This document shows, piece after piece, positions 15,057 through 29,934 of a stretch of 64,000 nt of DNA. The stretch comes from Eledone cirrhosa (taxonomy: Eukaryota). Every line of letters begins with the position of its first letter. Positions within the stretch are counted from its first letter, which is position 1. Made by a program: the position numbers and the translations under genes. The notes below the pieces were generated by a model. It did not search any database and was not told the DNA's origin. It saw only the letters and a program-made list of their open reading frames with translations. The stretch covers positions 41,850,001-41,914,000 of the forward strand of contig OZ024751.1 of assembly GCA_964016885.1 (NCBI GenBank), in the 5' to 3' direction.

Positions 15057-15058
<2 letters not shown>
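10864..15058 (-). mobile_element. Probably full-length Dong/R4-like element including UTRs
   Basis: Bounded on both sides by (TAA)n on its sense strand (10827-10863 and 15059-15110). The ~75-bp 3' UTR is shared with the two neighbouring copies. The 5' boundary is inferred from the microsatellite. Confidence 0.8.
10939..14331 (-). CDS. Intact ORF of an R4/Dong-clade non-LTR retrotransposon (Myb-like N-terminus, reverse transcriptase, CCHC knuckle, restriction-like endonuclease)
   Basis: 1130-aa ORF. RT motifs YRPITCL, EQKG, WIDYRKAFD, RGIFQGDSLSP, LLFMDDLKL, YKYLG; zinc knuckle CRICGEREETVAHIVSEC; RHD; RLE motif NRPDLVV..IVDV..EKINRY; N-terminal WTKELN..GYRRRMHNIW..EQKLAGQ Myb-like region. 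No APE domain. Confidence 0.95.
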   Translation of the reverse strand: METRTSCDRLSPNRCPLAQQQEPDCQPNTADVGGRRRRKGARTNWTKELNRTVMQCYLKSNPKERGYRRRMHNIWNEIGLFKLDEQKLAGQARVIRTNGWISELELEELSRENGLEMAGVVCQTSEPVGNEGEEVLRTEEPPEADNDLNTEINNTWNRDTATEEMNADGLGQDSVDILNLVVDELNNDSGRPMNLRFVDRKKLKETTAKVNKVIPYLEARSLHQCNNILKATANTVRKLLGIKARGNNRQERAEPWWKKRLSGQIGEMRNDIGKLESLLNGTLKNIGTKNRLEIKYKTRSKKLNIIIEELKQRIVAKSAKIRRYENRVSQYKQNRMFDNNQKMLFGQLEGKERGNDLIPGAEQAKTFWRGIWEQDVRHNAQAGWIETVQREIGEQAQQQTDLSITVETLKGQAKKLTNWKSPGPDGVQGYWIKHLTSLHPKLTAMFNDCLVSGEVPEWLTKGTTVLIMKDRIKGNDVTNYRPITCLPVMWKLLTSIVSEEIYHHLHTNNLLPDEQKGCRKKSRGTKDQLLIDKMVMGNCRRRHTDLAMGWIDYRKAFDMVPHSWITKSLEIFGVADNIRQLLGRSMGSWETELTSTGVSLGSVKIKRGIFQGDSLSPLLFVLALMPLTIMLRKVRAGYKLGRGELNINHLLFMDDLKLFGKSEKELDVLVDTVRIFSSDMCMQFGIGKCGVIVMKRGRLSRSNGIQIPTGEMIKEIDSEEGYKYLGVLEADGIKNKKMKELLRTEYIRRVRSVLKSHLNSRNAISAVNSRAVSIIRYSAGILRWNVAEQKEMDRKTRKLLTIYNMFHKRSDVDRLYLRRSEGGRGLISIEDCVQMEKNNLHKYVTYSKEPMLRTVLKEGTVGQGMSKEEITSRRKSSLKGKSLHSTFFEKTEFRDPQTWNWLRRGDLKKATEGMLMAAQEQALKTKWLKHHIYKEEASPLCRICGEREETVAHIVSECKHLAQTHYKGWRHDVMGRVIHWHLCKVNNLPHSEKWYEHRPEAVMENSQVKVLWDFRIQTDKKLEHNRPDLVVVDKEKRSCLIVDVACPFDTRVQEKEREKINRYQDLKWEVKRIWNCHEVKVIPIVIGALGTISKGFQGWLKKIGPFTLFGTLQKACLLGTARTLRYVLNI

Positions 15059-15110
<52 letters not shown>

Positions 15111-15112
<2 letters not shown>

Positions 15113-15599
15113 CTTGAATCTCAGTCATTGATGTTGGTTAACTGGAAAGTCCGTTGGAATGAATATCAAGCCACTACCTGCAGCCTCAGATATTCAGGAC
15201 GTATCGGAGGGTTCTTGCTGTTCCCAGCAAGCATGCCTTTTGAAGCGTTCCAAAAAGCGTGCAGGGGCCGATTTTCTTTAACCATCCCTGGAAACTTTTG
15301 GAGATAGTCCCCAGTGCGCCTATGACAATCGGGATCACTTTGACTTCATGGCAGTTCCAAATCCTTTTTACCTCCCACTTTAAGTCCTGGTATCGGTTAA
15401 TTTTCTCCCTCTCCTTCTCTTGCACTCTCGTGTCGAATGGGCAGGCCACATCCACAATCAGACACGATCTTTTTTCTTTGTCCACAACCACCAGGTCAGG
15501 TCTATTGTGTTCCAGTTTCTTGTCCGTCTGTATCCTAAAATCCCACAGCACCTTCACCTGATCGTTCTCCATCACCGCCTCTGGCCTATGCTCATACCA
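15111..15599 (-). mobile_element. 5'-truncated Dong/R4-like copy (RLE plus 3' UTR)
   Basis: ORF 15186-15575 is nearly identical to the last ~129 aa of the full ORF; (TAA)n on both sides. Confidence 0.92.
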
Positions 15600-15647
<48 letters not shown>

Positions 15648-16474
15648 ATGTCAGTTGAGCGTCGGGCACTATGCTTTGTGACATAGAGTTGCGGCCCTTT
15701 ACGTTCCGAGTTCAAATCCCGCCGCGGTTAGCTTTGCCTTTCATCCTTACGGGGTCGATAAAATAAAGTATCAGTGACACACTGGGGTCGATTTAATCGA
15801 CTTCCCCTCCCCCCAAAATTGCTAGCCTTGTGTCTATATGAGAAACCATTAAGTATCGGTAGAGCGTCGGACACTATGCTTTGTGGCGTAGAGTTACGGC
15901 TCTTTACGTTCTGAGTTCAAATCCCACCGAGGTGAGCTTTGCCTTTCAACCTTATGGGAGTCGATAAAATAAAGTACCAGTCACACACTGGTGTCGATTT
16001 AATCGACTTTTCCCTCCCCTTCAAATTACATACATACATACATACATACACACATATATACCACACCATACCATACCATACTATACAATACTATACCATA
16101 CTATACTATACCATACCATACCATACCATACTATACTATACAATACCATACCATACCATACCATACCATACTATAACACACTATACCATACTATACCACA
16201 CATACATACTTCTTCTTTCAACAGTGTAGTCTAGTAATGGCCACGTAGATGTATCTCCTTGTCAACATCTTAGCTCTCCTTCCTATTCCTCCGCCAGATG
16301 CATCTGTCTTTTATTTCAGGCTCTGTGGTATATTTACTAGCTTCTTACAAGACAGATAGCATTTTGTCTTCTACAACACATTATTTGTATATTTTTGTTG
16401 CATTCTCTCCAGTTCTTCGTGTTCTTCACTGGATATGTTTGCTTTCCAATATTTTATATGTTTCCTGTTGCAGA

Positions 16475-16656
<182 letters not shown>

Positions 16657-16661
16657 TTTAA

Positions 16662-16720
<59 letters not shown>

Positions 16721-16807
16721 TATATATATATATTAATATATATAAAGAGAGAGAGGGGGAGAAATAGGGAAAGAAAGAGAGAGAGACAGAGATAGAGAAA
16801 GATACAT

Positions 16808-16849
<42 letters not shown>

Positions 16850-17833
16850 CCTTTACCTTATCATGTTACACATTACCCCCTTTTTTCTTTTTTCTTTTCA
16901 CTTCAAAAACCTTGTTTGTAAATAACATTATTCTTTCTTCACCATTTCCTTAACATGTTCAACATCACCAACATTTTACACCAATACAAATTCCCCCCTT
17001 TGATAATGTATAAAATGCTGAAACCGGTAATAGACAATTATTAAATATATAAATAAATAAATAAATGCCATTGTTAATTAGTAAATAAATTAACTAATAC
17101 CTTAACACTTCACACAAACTAAAATATTTTGTTTTAAACATTTTCTAACCCAGAAAAAAGAGAAAAAAAGCAAAAGGGAAAAAAATATATAATTCTTCCT
17201 AATAATCGTCTTTTTCTCCCCATTTTCATATATATATTCTAACTCGTGTGCTCCTTCTCCACATTTTATAATTATATATATATATATTGAAGTTTCCGTT
17301 GAAAATGTTTACTATTGTACTCCCTTCCCTCTTTATCTTCCGCATATAAGTGACCACGCGTGTGTGTGTGTTTATACGCGTGCTTCCATACTCGTATGTG
17401 TATTTAATACCTGTATCTGGATGCGTGTTAATTATATTATCATACAATTTCTTTTTCAACTCATATTATATACGTATTTGTGGTCACATATACACAAATA
17501 TACTTGCCCTCATATATGTACTTACGCACACATTTTCACCATACACATGCATTTCTACATACACACATATGTACATTTGTGAGTGTATATACATACATAT
17601 ATACATACCCTAACTATATTTCCTTATATTTTTTTATATATTTTTTTTTTTTTTTATATATCTCTTGCATTACTTTTATTTATATATTTTTTGCATTTCT
17701 TGAGGAGACTTTCCAAATATTTCACTATGTTTTAAATTGCCTTGTCCGACGAACAAATGGGGACGTTTTTCGTATTCGTCTTATTCGGGAAACCTCTGGT
17801 AATGAGGTAATTATATTGTATTGTTTATTATAC

Positions 17834-17988
<155 letters not shown>

Positions 17989-17997
17989 GTGTATATA

Positions 17998-18044
<47 letters not shown>

Positions 18045-18049
<5 letters not shown>

Positions 18050-18960
18050 CAAACGCATATATATTTATATATACATAATATAAATAATGATATATGTGTG
18101 TATGGGTGTATAATAAATAAATAAATATATATATATATTTACAACCGAATATATATTTATATATATATAATATACATAATGATATATGTGTGTGGGGGTG
18201 TATAATAAATAAATAAATATATATATATATATTTACAAACGCATATATATTTATATATATATAATATAAATAATGATATATGTGTGTGTGGGTGTATAAT
18301 AAATAAATAAATAAATATATATATATATATTTTTACAAACGTATATATATATAATATAAATAATGATATATGTGTGTGTGGGTGTATAATAAATAAATAA
18401 ATATATATATATATTTACAAACGCATATATATATTTATATATACATAATATAAATAATTGTTTCTTCATTTGACACAAGGCCAGCAATTATCCAGTACAT
18501 TACTGGTACTTTATTTTATCGACCCCGTAAGGATGAAAGGCAAAGTTAACCTCGGCAGGGATTTGAACTCAGATCATAAAGGGCCGTAACTCTATGTTGC
18601 AAAGCATGGCGTCCGACCCTCTACCGATACTGCCAATCCACCAATAATGATATATGTGTGTGTGGGTGTATAATAAATAAATAAATATGTATATATATAT
18701 TTACAGACGCATATATATTTATATATATATATTATAAATAATGATATATGTGTGTGTGGGTGTATAATAAATAAACAAATATATATATATTTACAAACGC
18801 ATATATATTTATATATCTATAATATAATTAATGATATATGTGTGTGTGGGTGTATAATAAATGAATATATATATATATATTTTTACAAACGCATATATAT
18901 ATATAATATAAATAATGATATATGTGTGTGTGGGTATATAATAAATAAATAAATATATAT
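18045..18960. repeat. ~90-bp AT-rich tandem repeat interrupted by a SINE
   Basis: Repeated TTTACAAACGCATAT..AATAATGATATATGTGTGTGTGGGTGTATAATAAAT. Confidence 0.85.
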
Positions 18961-19148
18961 ATATATATACAGAGGATCCGCTAAGGTGAAACAATTCTAC
19001 CTAACTCGTCCCATGGACTGAGTGCTCTACCACTACGGATATTACTTTCCAGTGTTCTACTTCTATATATATATTGAAGAGATTGGTGTCGTTTATTTAT
19101 CTACTATTTCTTCATAGGTGCCTTTTAATCTTATAGCCTGGTCTAATA

Positions 19149-19237
<89 letters not shown>

Positions 19238-20033
19238 AAATTTGAAGACTAAAATCCAAAGAGGGCTCGATAAGGATAAATATGTATCAAATATATAAGA
19301 ACCGTAGAGCAAACATTTATTAAAATAACAGATTAAAGTTTAATCTGTTATTTTAATAAATATATATATATATATATATATACTATAAAGTATGTCAATA
19401 GAATCATTTGATAATATATATACAGCATTTCCTCTCCCAATTAGCATAATTAACCACCCAAAAAATCAATTACACCATACACTATACATATATATATATA
19501 TGATATATGGTGTATGGTATATGGTTATAGTGTAAGGTGTAAAGTGTATGGTGTATAGTGTATGGTTTATGGTGTATGGTATATGTGTAGGCATGGAAAC
19601 ATGGTTCTGCAGACGTGTATACACCTCATATATATATATATATATATATTCTGCAGACGCGTATACACATCATATGGTTTTGCTTTTGCGTGTAAATTGT
19701 CTTCACCGCTTCAAATAATGACGTATTATTTTCGGGGTTTTTTCCGTTCTTTGCCAGGGAACGTTTCCACGAACCAAAGTATCGTCTTCCTGTCTCCCTT
19801 CGGTTGTAACGTTTTTTGAAATATTTACTTCTGCGTTCACAGATTGATTTTTTTTAGTTTCAGGAGATCCCGTTAAGGGTGAAAGCAGCGATTCTTTGCT
19901 TAAACTTTAATCTGTTATTTTAATATATATATATATATATAACAAAGGAATTGTGGTAAGGAACCAGTTGGACCATAACGCACCAGAAATACCCGTCGAA
20001 ACGGCTTGAGATCTGCCGTCGGGGTCATACTTT

Positions 20034-20086
<53 letters not shown>

Positions 20087-20490
20087 GTGTATACACATCT
20101 GCAGAACCATGTTTCCATGCCTACACATATACCATGCACCATATACCATACACCATACACCATACCTCATACACTATATACCATACACCATACACCATAC
20201 ACTATACACCATACACCATATACACCATACACCATGTACCATATCCCATATACGATATACGATATACGATATGCTTATATAGCCACATAGAATAATTGAG
20301 TGCTAGAGTAGTTTAGAAACGCTAATCTCTCTTTAAGAGCGATTTATTGTCGTGAATGTTACGATAACATTCTAGACATTGTAACTCAGACAAAAATGTC
20401 ACCTTTACAATCTTCAAGATTTTGTCTTTTTCCTTCTTTGATTATTGTTCTTGTCTTCCTCAGATCATGACATCTGTATAGATCTAAACG

Positions 20491-20556
<66 letters not shown>

Positions 20557-20638
20557 CATTTATACCTATACAGATGTATAGACCTATGTATAGACCTATA
20601 CAGATGTATATATATGTATATATATATGTATATCTGTA

Positions 20639-20723
<85 letters not shown>

Positions 20724-20735
20724 TTATATATATGC

Positions 20736-20785
<50 letters not shown>

Positions 20786-20866
20786 GTATATATGTATATA
20801 TATATGTATGTATATATATAAATATGTGTGTATGTACGTATGCATATATATATATATATATGTATG

Positions 20867-20979
<113 letters not shown>

Positions 20980-21497
20980 ACTATCAAACGTTTGTGATTT
21001 TGATCTCAACAGCTGTAACTCTGCTGACGAATCGATAACTTGTTGAAAAGTATATTTGATATTGTTGTTGTTGTTGTTGCGGTGGTTGTGGTGGTGGTAG
21101 TGGTGTTTGTGGTGTTGTTGTTGTTGTTGCTTTGGTGGTGGAAGTGGTGGTGGTGGTGGTGGTGGTGGTGGTGGTGGTGGTGGTGGTGGTGGTGGTGGTG
21201 GTGGTTGAAGTGATGTTATTGTTGTTTGGGTGGTGGAGGTGGTGGTGGTGGTAGTGTTGTTGTTGTTTTGTTGATGGTCGTTGTGTGTGTGTATGTGCGT
21301 GTGTGTCTGTGTCTGTGTGTGTGTGTGTGTGTCTGTGTGTGTGTCTGTGTGTGTATCGGTGTGTGTGTGTATGTGTCTGTGTGATTCTGTGTGTGTGTTT
21401 GCCGTGTTTGCTTCAATGATCGTGTGGAAAGTATGAAAAAGAATATATTAGATCTTTAGAGACACATACATACACACACACACATATACACACGTAC

Positions 21498-21531
<34 letters not shown>

Positions 21532-21532
21532 G

Positions 21533-21578
<46 letters not shown>

Positions 21579-21767
21579 GAAGGAAATGTGGAAAGGAACC
21601 AGATGGACCAAAACGCACCAAAGTACTCAATACTTAGGGTAGTAGAGTGGGTAATAGGAACAAGTATGACCCCGACGGCAGAGTTCAAGCCGTTTCGACG
21701 GCTAATTCTGGACATTATTAGTCGAAACGGCTTGAGCTTTGCTGTCGGGGTCGGTCATACTTGTTCC

Positions 21768-21826
<59 letters not shown>

Positions 21827-21923
21827 TAATATATACATATATATATACACACATACACACATATATATATATATGTGTGTGTGCGTGTGTGTGTGTGTAT
21901 ATATATATATGTATATATTTATA

Positions 21924-21990
<67 letters not shown>

Positions 21991-22160
21991 ATACTTGGGG
22001 AGGGTGATATTTGTGTAATATTGCCAGAATTAATAACAGAACACACTCACTTATTAATTCTGGCAATATTACACAAATATGACCCTCCCCAAGTATAACA
22101 ATATTTGTTTCGACACATGATTTCATATAAAAAACCTCGCAAAACTAATTCATCGCTGCT

Positions 22161-22287
<127 letters not shown>

Positions 22288-22328
22288 TTAATATTCTTAA
22301 TAACTTACTTAATATTCGGAATAACTTA

Positions 22329-22390
<62 letters not shown>

Positions 22391-23137
22391 ATTTCTGTCT
22401 TCATTTTATTTTCGTTACTATTTCTGTGTCCAATATATATATGTGTGTGTGTTTGTGTGCTTGTGTGTGTGTGTATGTATATTTGTATATATGTATAAAT
22501 GTATATATGTATGTGTGTATAAATTTATAAAAATCACTGAACAGCATCAGAGAGCAACTCGTTTCAATTACATATGCTATCATAACGCTTAAAAGAGAAA
22601 ATATATGTGATTTTTTTTTTTTAATCGTTTCGGGCACTAATCTTTCATCTGAAAGGAAAACACGTATTAGGCTTCTTTAAATCTATGTTCTGTGGGGATT
22701 TTTTTTAGATATATATATATATTTGCTGTGATGTTGGCATATGAAAGTGTTATATATGTGTACATAACTGTGCTATTGTGTGCATATGTGCTGATAAAGG
22801 TGTGTGTATTTGTATCTATGATGTGTTGTGAGGGTAGATATACATGTGTGTATGTTTATGGAAGAATGATGCGTATATATGCTTTCTTATATTTTGTGTT
22901 TACGTATATGTATGTGTGTAACACGTGTATGTGTGTTTGGTGTGTATAGGGATTAAAGAAAGCCATGTAAGTATAAAGCTATGTATGTATAAAGCTATGT
23001 ATATATAAAGCTATGTATATATAAAGCCGTGTATATATAAAACTTTGTATATATAAAACCACGTATGTATAAAGCTATGTATATATGAAGCTATATATAT
23101 AGAGAGCTATGTATATATAAAACCACGTATGTATAAA

Positions 23138-23176
<39 letters not shown>

Positions 23177-23814
23177 CTATGTCTATATAGAATTATAGAG
23201 AGAGCTATGTATATATAGAATTATATAGAGAGAGAGTTATGTATATATGAAACCATGTAAACAGTTGAGTTTCTTTAAGTTTTATTCTCGCAAACATTCA
23301 TCAGAATCAATGTTTTCTCACCATTTATTGTACAAAGTGATGAAATGTGCGATTTTTCCCATTTCCGTTTCCGTTATGGTGTGAAATTATGTGATGACGT
23401 AAACAAGCTATTTAATTTCAACTTCCGGCTATATTACAGACATCAATCGCCGGTCCAAACTATTGCTAATTCGTTGTAAACATTTTGTTACACAATTTTT
23501 GTTTGGTTTTTGTTTCAATTATATTTCCATTATAGTGTGTTAAGATGGACAAACTCTGTTTTAGTCGACGTGTGTCTTATAGCACATATAGAAAGATATG
23601 GAAGAGAGGGAGAGGGGGGACAGGCTGACAGGCAGAGACAGAGAGAGAGGGGGACAGAGAGACAGAGAGACAGAGAGAGAGAGGGACACAGAGAGAGAGG
23701 GACAGAGAGACAGAGAGACAGACAGAGAGAGAGGGGGACTAAGAGACAGAGAGACAGAGAGTGTGAGAGTGTAATAGTTGATAGATAGTTAGAGAGATAA
23801 GGTTGTAAGATAGA

Positions 23815-24297
23815 TAAATTTCTTTATTAGCCACAAGGGCACCAAAGAAGGGGACAAATACAAATGGGGAGTTTACATACAGGTATATGAAAATAAAACT
23901 ATAAATAAAATAACAAATAACAATTGAAATCCCCAATAGGGGGGAGGCGTTACACAGGGGTTGTACACACCCCGAAAAAATGTACAACCCTCATCTCCAG
24001 GAGCACCAAGAGTGAGTACTCCCTTCCTCTTTTTCCTCAACCTACAGGCTTATATAGAGAGGAGGCCCAACCACTCGGGCCATCTTTGCCACATTCACCC
24101 ACCTTTTATAAAATTTGCTGGGGTACAGCACCTCTCTCTCCATCCTGATTCTTCTTCCAAAATGATATTTGAAAAAAACGAATCAGTTGTTCGCCGGAGA
24201 GAAAGGTGTCTGACCTCAGCCCTTTTAACCTCGTCCACCATATAACCTCTTTCACCATAGCCATAACACATAGGAAAACCGCCTCTCCCTCGTTTTT
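23815..24297 (-). mobile_element. 3' fragment of a Tx1/L1-like LINE in a (GATA)n context
   Basis: Encodes ..KEVIWWTRLKGL..FF..RRIRMERE.., then a 3' UTR ending CCTTGTGGCTAATAAAGAAAT; homologous to 54387-54768. Confidence 0.65.
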
Positions 24298-24755
24298 GTA
24301 GATAGATAGATAGATAGATAGATACATAGATAGATAGATAGATAGATAGATAGATTGAAAATTAGAGAGAGAACGAGAGATTGAGGGCAAGAGAGAACAA
24401 GAGAGAGTGTGGAGGAAAAAGAAAGAGTAGCCATGGACAATAGAACGATGACGATATAAACTTTTGTTATCTGGAAAATAAAAGTTAGCTACTCAATAAA
24501 AGTCGAGAATAGATATCTGAATAAAAACATAAAGATATTACTTGAAAATATTGAAGGAGAAATCAGCCAGATTGGCATCATATAGTAAAAGAACCAATCA
24601 GAAATATACTTGTTCATCACGTGACATATAAGTCCATACATCTACCTCTACCTCCTCTCTCACCCCTCACCCTGGCTTTTACGGACAAGTCTCTTAGCCT
24701 CTTATGTTGAAGACCACTCCCAGCGAGAAATTAGAACTAAGTAAAAGTGCTTGAG

Positions 24756-24821
<66 letters not shown>

Positions 24822-24822
24822 T

Positions 24823-24897
<75 letters not shown>

Positions 24898-24992
24898 TCT
24901 GAGAGTGAGTGTGTGAGTGAGTGTGTGTGAATGTATATTCGATATTCATATCTAAGTACATATATATTTTTCTTAATTTATTTATTTATATT

Positions 24993-25102
<110 letters not shown>

Positions 25103-25274
25103 AACGAGTAGGACCCCGACGGCTGAGCTCAAGCCGTTTCGAGAATTAGCCGTCGAAACGGCTTGAGCTCAGCCGTCGGGGTCCTACTCGTTCCTATTAC
25201 CCACTCTTCTACCCTAAGTATTGAGTACTTTGGTGCGTTATGGTCCACCTGGTTCCTTACCACATTTCCTTCGT

Positions 25275-25318
<44 letters not shown>

Positions 25319-25343
25319 TGTGAGTGTATATAAGTTTAAATAC

Positions 25344-25471
<128 letters not shown>

Positions 25472-25666
25472 AACTTAAAATGTATGTGCGTAGATGTGTT
25501 CTAGATGAATACCCCCACCCCACCCCCACCTCACCCCACCCCACCCCGTCTCTCTATTGAGCCAATCAATTGTAATCGTTCAGTCAGGCAACAAATCGGA
25601 AAACGAGTTTATCCAGGCGTGAAACCCGGAATGGTGGCTAAAGGAATTTTCAGTTTTGAACGAATA

Positions 25667-25948
<282 letters not shown>

Positions 25949-26540
25949 AGATAAATCTACCAAGAGTTTACGGTAGTATCCAATCCGTATGAAGAACTCA
26001 ATGTAATCCGGATATCATGGAAAGAAGAGATGCATTCAAAAATCACTTTCGGTGATTTTGTACATAGATCTGTTGAATATGCATGCCAATTCTAACACAT
26101 ATATGTCCTAGAAACGATCGTTATATAATGAACTTTTTTTGTTTAATATAAGGAACTGTTTCATTGTTTTATTCATTATTTTTTTAATACTTTATATATA
26201 TATATATATATAGTGTCATGGCGATGCCCCAGCAAGCCCTCAGCCAGTCGGCTGGAACAGGTAAAACAGTAACATATAACCATGCATGCAATCTTACATA
26301 CATATATATATATATAATTCACAATTCACCACGTAACCATCGGCCCGAGTTCATCAGACAACATTTAGAGATAAAGACAAGCAGCTTCTATAGTTAATGG
26401 ATCCGAGGGCCGGCATAGGGCCTGTCCACATCTAGCTATCAGTTGGTTCCGTGAGATGATTAGACTCCCTAATCATCAACCCCAAGAAAATTGTGTAATA
26501 GCTGAATAAATTTATGCACACATCATATGGCCTTACATAC

Positions 26541-26623
<83 letters not shown>

Positions 26624-26627
<4 letters not shown>

Positions 26628-26814
26628 AACCAGTAAGACCCCGACAGCTGAGCTCAAGCCGTTTCGACGGCTAATTCTGGACAGAATTAGCCGTCGAAAC
26701 GGCTTGAGCTCAGCTGTCGGGGTCTTACTGGTTCCTATTACCCACTCTACTACCTCAAGTATTGAGTACTTTGGTGCGTTATGGTCCACCTGGTTCCTTA
26801 CCACATTTCCTTCG

Positions 26815-26817
<3 letters not shown>
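26624..26817 (+). mobile_element. Family A short foldback element in (TA)n (3' half of an HHR plus tail). Other copies at ~19941-20037, 21575-21770, 25099-25276, 29850-29903, 30513-30698, 52054-52188, 54225-54328, 58138-58352
   Basis: Shared sequence AGAATTAGCCGTC-GAAA-CGGC(TTGAGCTCA)GC(C/T)G-TC-GGGGTC...TATTGAGTACTTTGGTGCGTTATGGTCCACCTGGTTCCTTACCACATTTCCTTCGTT, usually with an inverted duplicate of the 5' part. Confidence 0.85.
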
Positions 26818-26889
<72 letters not shown>

Positions 26890-27091
26890 AAAGTTCTATT
26901 TAAATTGTTGGGATACAACAAGCAAATATTATTATAACTGATATAAAGCACTCGACAAATATTTGGAGTAGATATACAATATTAATAAATGGAAACTATA
27001 TTTATAAAACCATATTTATTTCATTATATATATTTCAAGGATACCAAGTTAAATCATGGTATGCCTTCATCAGACAAAATACAATATATTG

Positions 27092-27156
27092 TATTTTGTC
27101 TGATGAAGGCATACCATGATTTAACTTGGTATCCTTGAAATATATATAATGAAATA
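27092..27156 (+). ncRNA. Type I hammerhead ribozyme; mirror copy on the minus strand at ~27017-27081
   Basis: TATTTTGT-CTGATGA-AGGcATACCA..TGGTATCCTT-GAAA-TATATA-TA^ATGAAATA: stem I 8 bp with two G.U pairs, palindromic stem III. Confidence 0.75.
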
Positions 27157-27354
27157 AATATGGTTTTATAAATATAGTTTCCATTTATTAATATTGTATA
27201 TATATATATATATAGTACGTTATTACGGGTTGAATCAGAGGTAACCACAGTAAGTAAGGTACTCAATACATTGCAGAGTATAAAAGTTGTAATATAGATG
27301 AGATTCTACAGGACTAGAACTGTTTCATTCTTTAGAAATCATCAGGAATATCAT

Positions 27355-27403
27355 GATTCCTGATGATTTCTAAAGAATGAAACAGTTCTAGTCCTGTAGA
27401 ATC
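27355..27403 (+). ncRNA. Type I hammerhead ribozyme (family B); mirror copy on the minus strand at ~27302-27349
   Basis: GATTC-CTGATGA-T TTC(TAAA)GAA T-GAAA-CAG(TTCTAGTC)CTG-TA^GAATC. Confidence 0.85.
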
Positions 27404-27406
27404 TCA

Positions 27407-27475
<69 letters not shown>

Positions 27476-27523
27476 GTAGTGTAGTGTAGTGTAGTGCATG
27501 TAGTGTATGTGATGTATGTATGT

Positions 27524-27556
<33 letters not shown>

Positions 27557-28309
27557 TATATATACACACACATATATATACATATACATACACACATATA
27601 TAGACATATACATATATATACATACATATACACATACATATACATATATATGTATATACATATATATATATATACATACATATACACATATATACATATA
27701 CACACACATAAATATATACACATATATACACATACATACATCTACATCTACACACATACATATACATATACATATATATACATATATATATACATACGTA
27801 TACATATATATATATATATATATATACATATACACATATACATATACATATATATATACATACACACATACACATACATATACATACATATACCTACACA
27901 CATATATATATATACACATACATACACATACATACATATATACATATATATACATATACATACATACATATACATACATATACATATATACACATGGTGG
28001 CTGCCAACTCGTTTTCGAGTACGGCCACTACTTTATATACATCTAGTAGAACCCCTACCGATGCGCTGAACAAGTGTGACTTTTTAGTCCAGCCAGCGAC
28101 TTGAAAACTCTGGTACAAACACTACACTTGTGACAATTACCGACACATAGTGCTGGGCCCATGGTACCATGTGACGACAAGTACAGAGAGATCTCCAGAT
28201 ATAAAGCAATGCCTGTGCCGTGAAGCTTTTATAGTGAGCAAAGGCACTGCACAAAGCCAGTCCCATGTATATGTGTATGTGTATATGTATGTGTGTATAT
28301 ATATATATA

Positions 28310-28716
28310 TATGAACTGAAGAAAATGATTGCACATGCGGTAGGGGCCAGCATAAAACTAACCCTTAAGGAACATATGTTCAAATTTAATGGAAAAACAT
28401 ATGCCCAAGAGGAAGGAACAGCCATTGGTGTTAGCATTGCAGGCGACATAGCTAACTTATTCATGGTATGGTGGGACAGTAGACTTAAACTTAAACTTAA
28501 AGAACAATTAGAAGACCCCTTAACCCTGATAATGTACTCCCGCTACGTAGATGATATAGACATCGTAGTTAAGACACCCCCACTAGAGAACAGTCAGGAA
28601 CTAGAGAAAAACACAATGGAAAGCATCCAGCAAATAGCAAACTCCATCGACCAGAGCATTAGAGTTACTATAGACTACCCAAGTAAACACCCCAACCATC
28701 GATTACCTGTACTAGA
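28310..28716 (+). pseudogene. Penelope-like element reverse transcriptase fragment, running into an assembly gap
   Basis: FKFNGKTYAQEEGTAIGVSIAGDIANLFMVWWD...YSRYVDDI...IRVTIDYPSKHPNHRLPVL matches PLE RT motifs (QxxGxxxG, RYVDD, followed by a DxPSxH..LPVL segment). Starts directly after (TA)n. Confidence 0.85.
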
Positions 28717-28916
28717 NNNNNNNNNNNNNNNNNNNNNNNNNNNNNNNNNNNNNNNNNNNNNNNNNNNNNNNNNNNNNNNNNNNNNNNNNNNNNNNNNNNN
28801 NNNNNNNNNNNNNNNNNNNNNNNNNNNNNNNNNNNNNNNNNNNNNNNNNNNNNNNNNNNNNNNNNNNNNNNNNNNNNNNNNNNNNNNNNNNNNNNNNNNN
28901 NNNNNNNNNNNNNNNN
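28717..28916. other. Assembly gap (200 N)
   Basis: Run of N. Confidence 1.
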
Positions 28917-29025
28917 AGAGAGAGTCAGAAGGACAATGTGACACGGGAGGGTGTGTGGTATCTTTGCAGTGGAGTGGGGGGGGCAGGTATACCTAGCCGG
29001 ACGCCAGCCGGACGGACCAGCTAGA

Positions 29026-29080
<55 letters not shown>

Positions 29081-29201
29081 GTAACCAGAAATAACATCAC
29101 AATCGGTACAGTATACGGAAAGTACATATATAAAGTATATATATATATAAAAAGGGAAAAAAATATTTTTTTCTTCCTAATAATCGTTTTTTTCTCCCTT
29201 T

Positions 29202-29239
<38 letters not shown>

Positions 29240-29902
29240 ATTTTACCTTATCTGTGATTTCCAAAGCAACTAAAAGATTGAGAATATATCAATATGCTTA
29301 TGTCTTTCTTTTCTGCTACATGTCTTTTCTCTCTCTCTCTCACACACACACACTCACTCACCTTCTCTCTCTCCCTTATTACCTATATATGTGCTAGCGT
29401 GAGTGAACATGTCATAAATTCAATCATGTTTCCATAATGGAGAAAAATATGAATAACAAATGTATTTGAAAAATATATGTCAAAGAAAACCGTACTTTGT
29501 CTCTGAAATTGCATGAACATCAAAGAATATATAAAAGAATATATAAAAGAATATATAAAAGAATATATAAAAGAATATATAAAAGAATATATAAAAGGAT
29601 ATATAAAATAATATACATTTGACAGATGAGAAATATTCTTCAGCTGAATTTATACAGAATTTGGTAAATTGTTCCATTTGTAGATATATATCAATATATT
29701 TGTATCGCTTCTTTATTCCTCTTTTATGTTATTTTCGCTTCCAGAGAACTATGTTTTTTTGGACCTTTCGTCGGCTCCAGGGACGACAGTTTCAGTTGTT
29801 TGATCAACAGAACTGTCCTAGGGGGAGTATTTCAGTTGTTTGATCAAAATTGAGTACTCTGGTGCGTTATGGTCCACCTGTTCCTTACCACAACTCCTTC
29901 GT

Positions 29903-29933
<31 letters not shown>

Positions 29934-29934
<1 letters not shown>

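Noticed and set aside
14332-15058. HDV-like ribozyme in the 5' UTR of the RLE element
   Set aside because: I could not assemble the P1-P2-P3-P1.1-P4 nested pseudoknot on the sense strand by eye; it needs a descriptor search.
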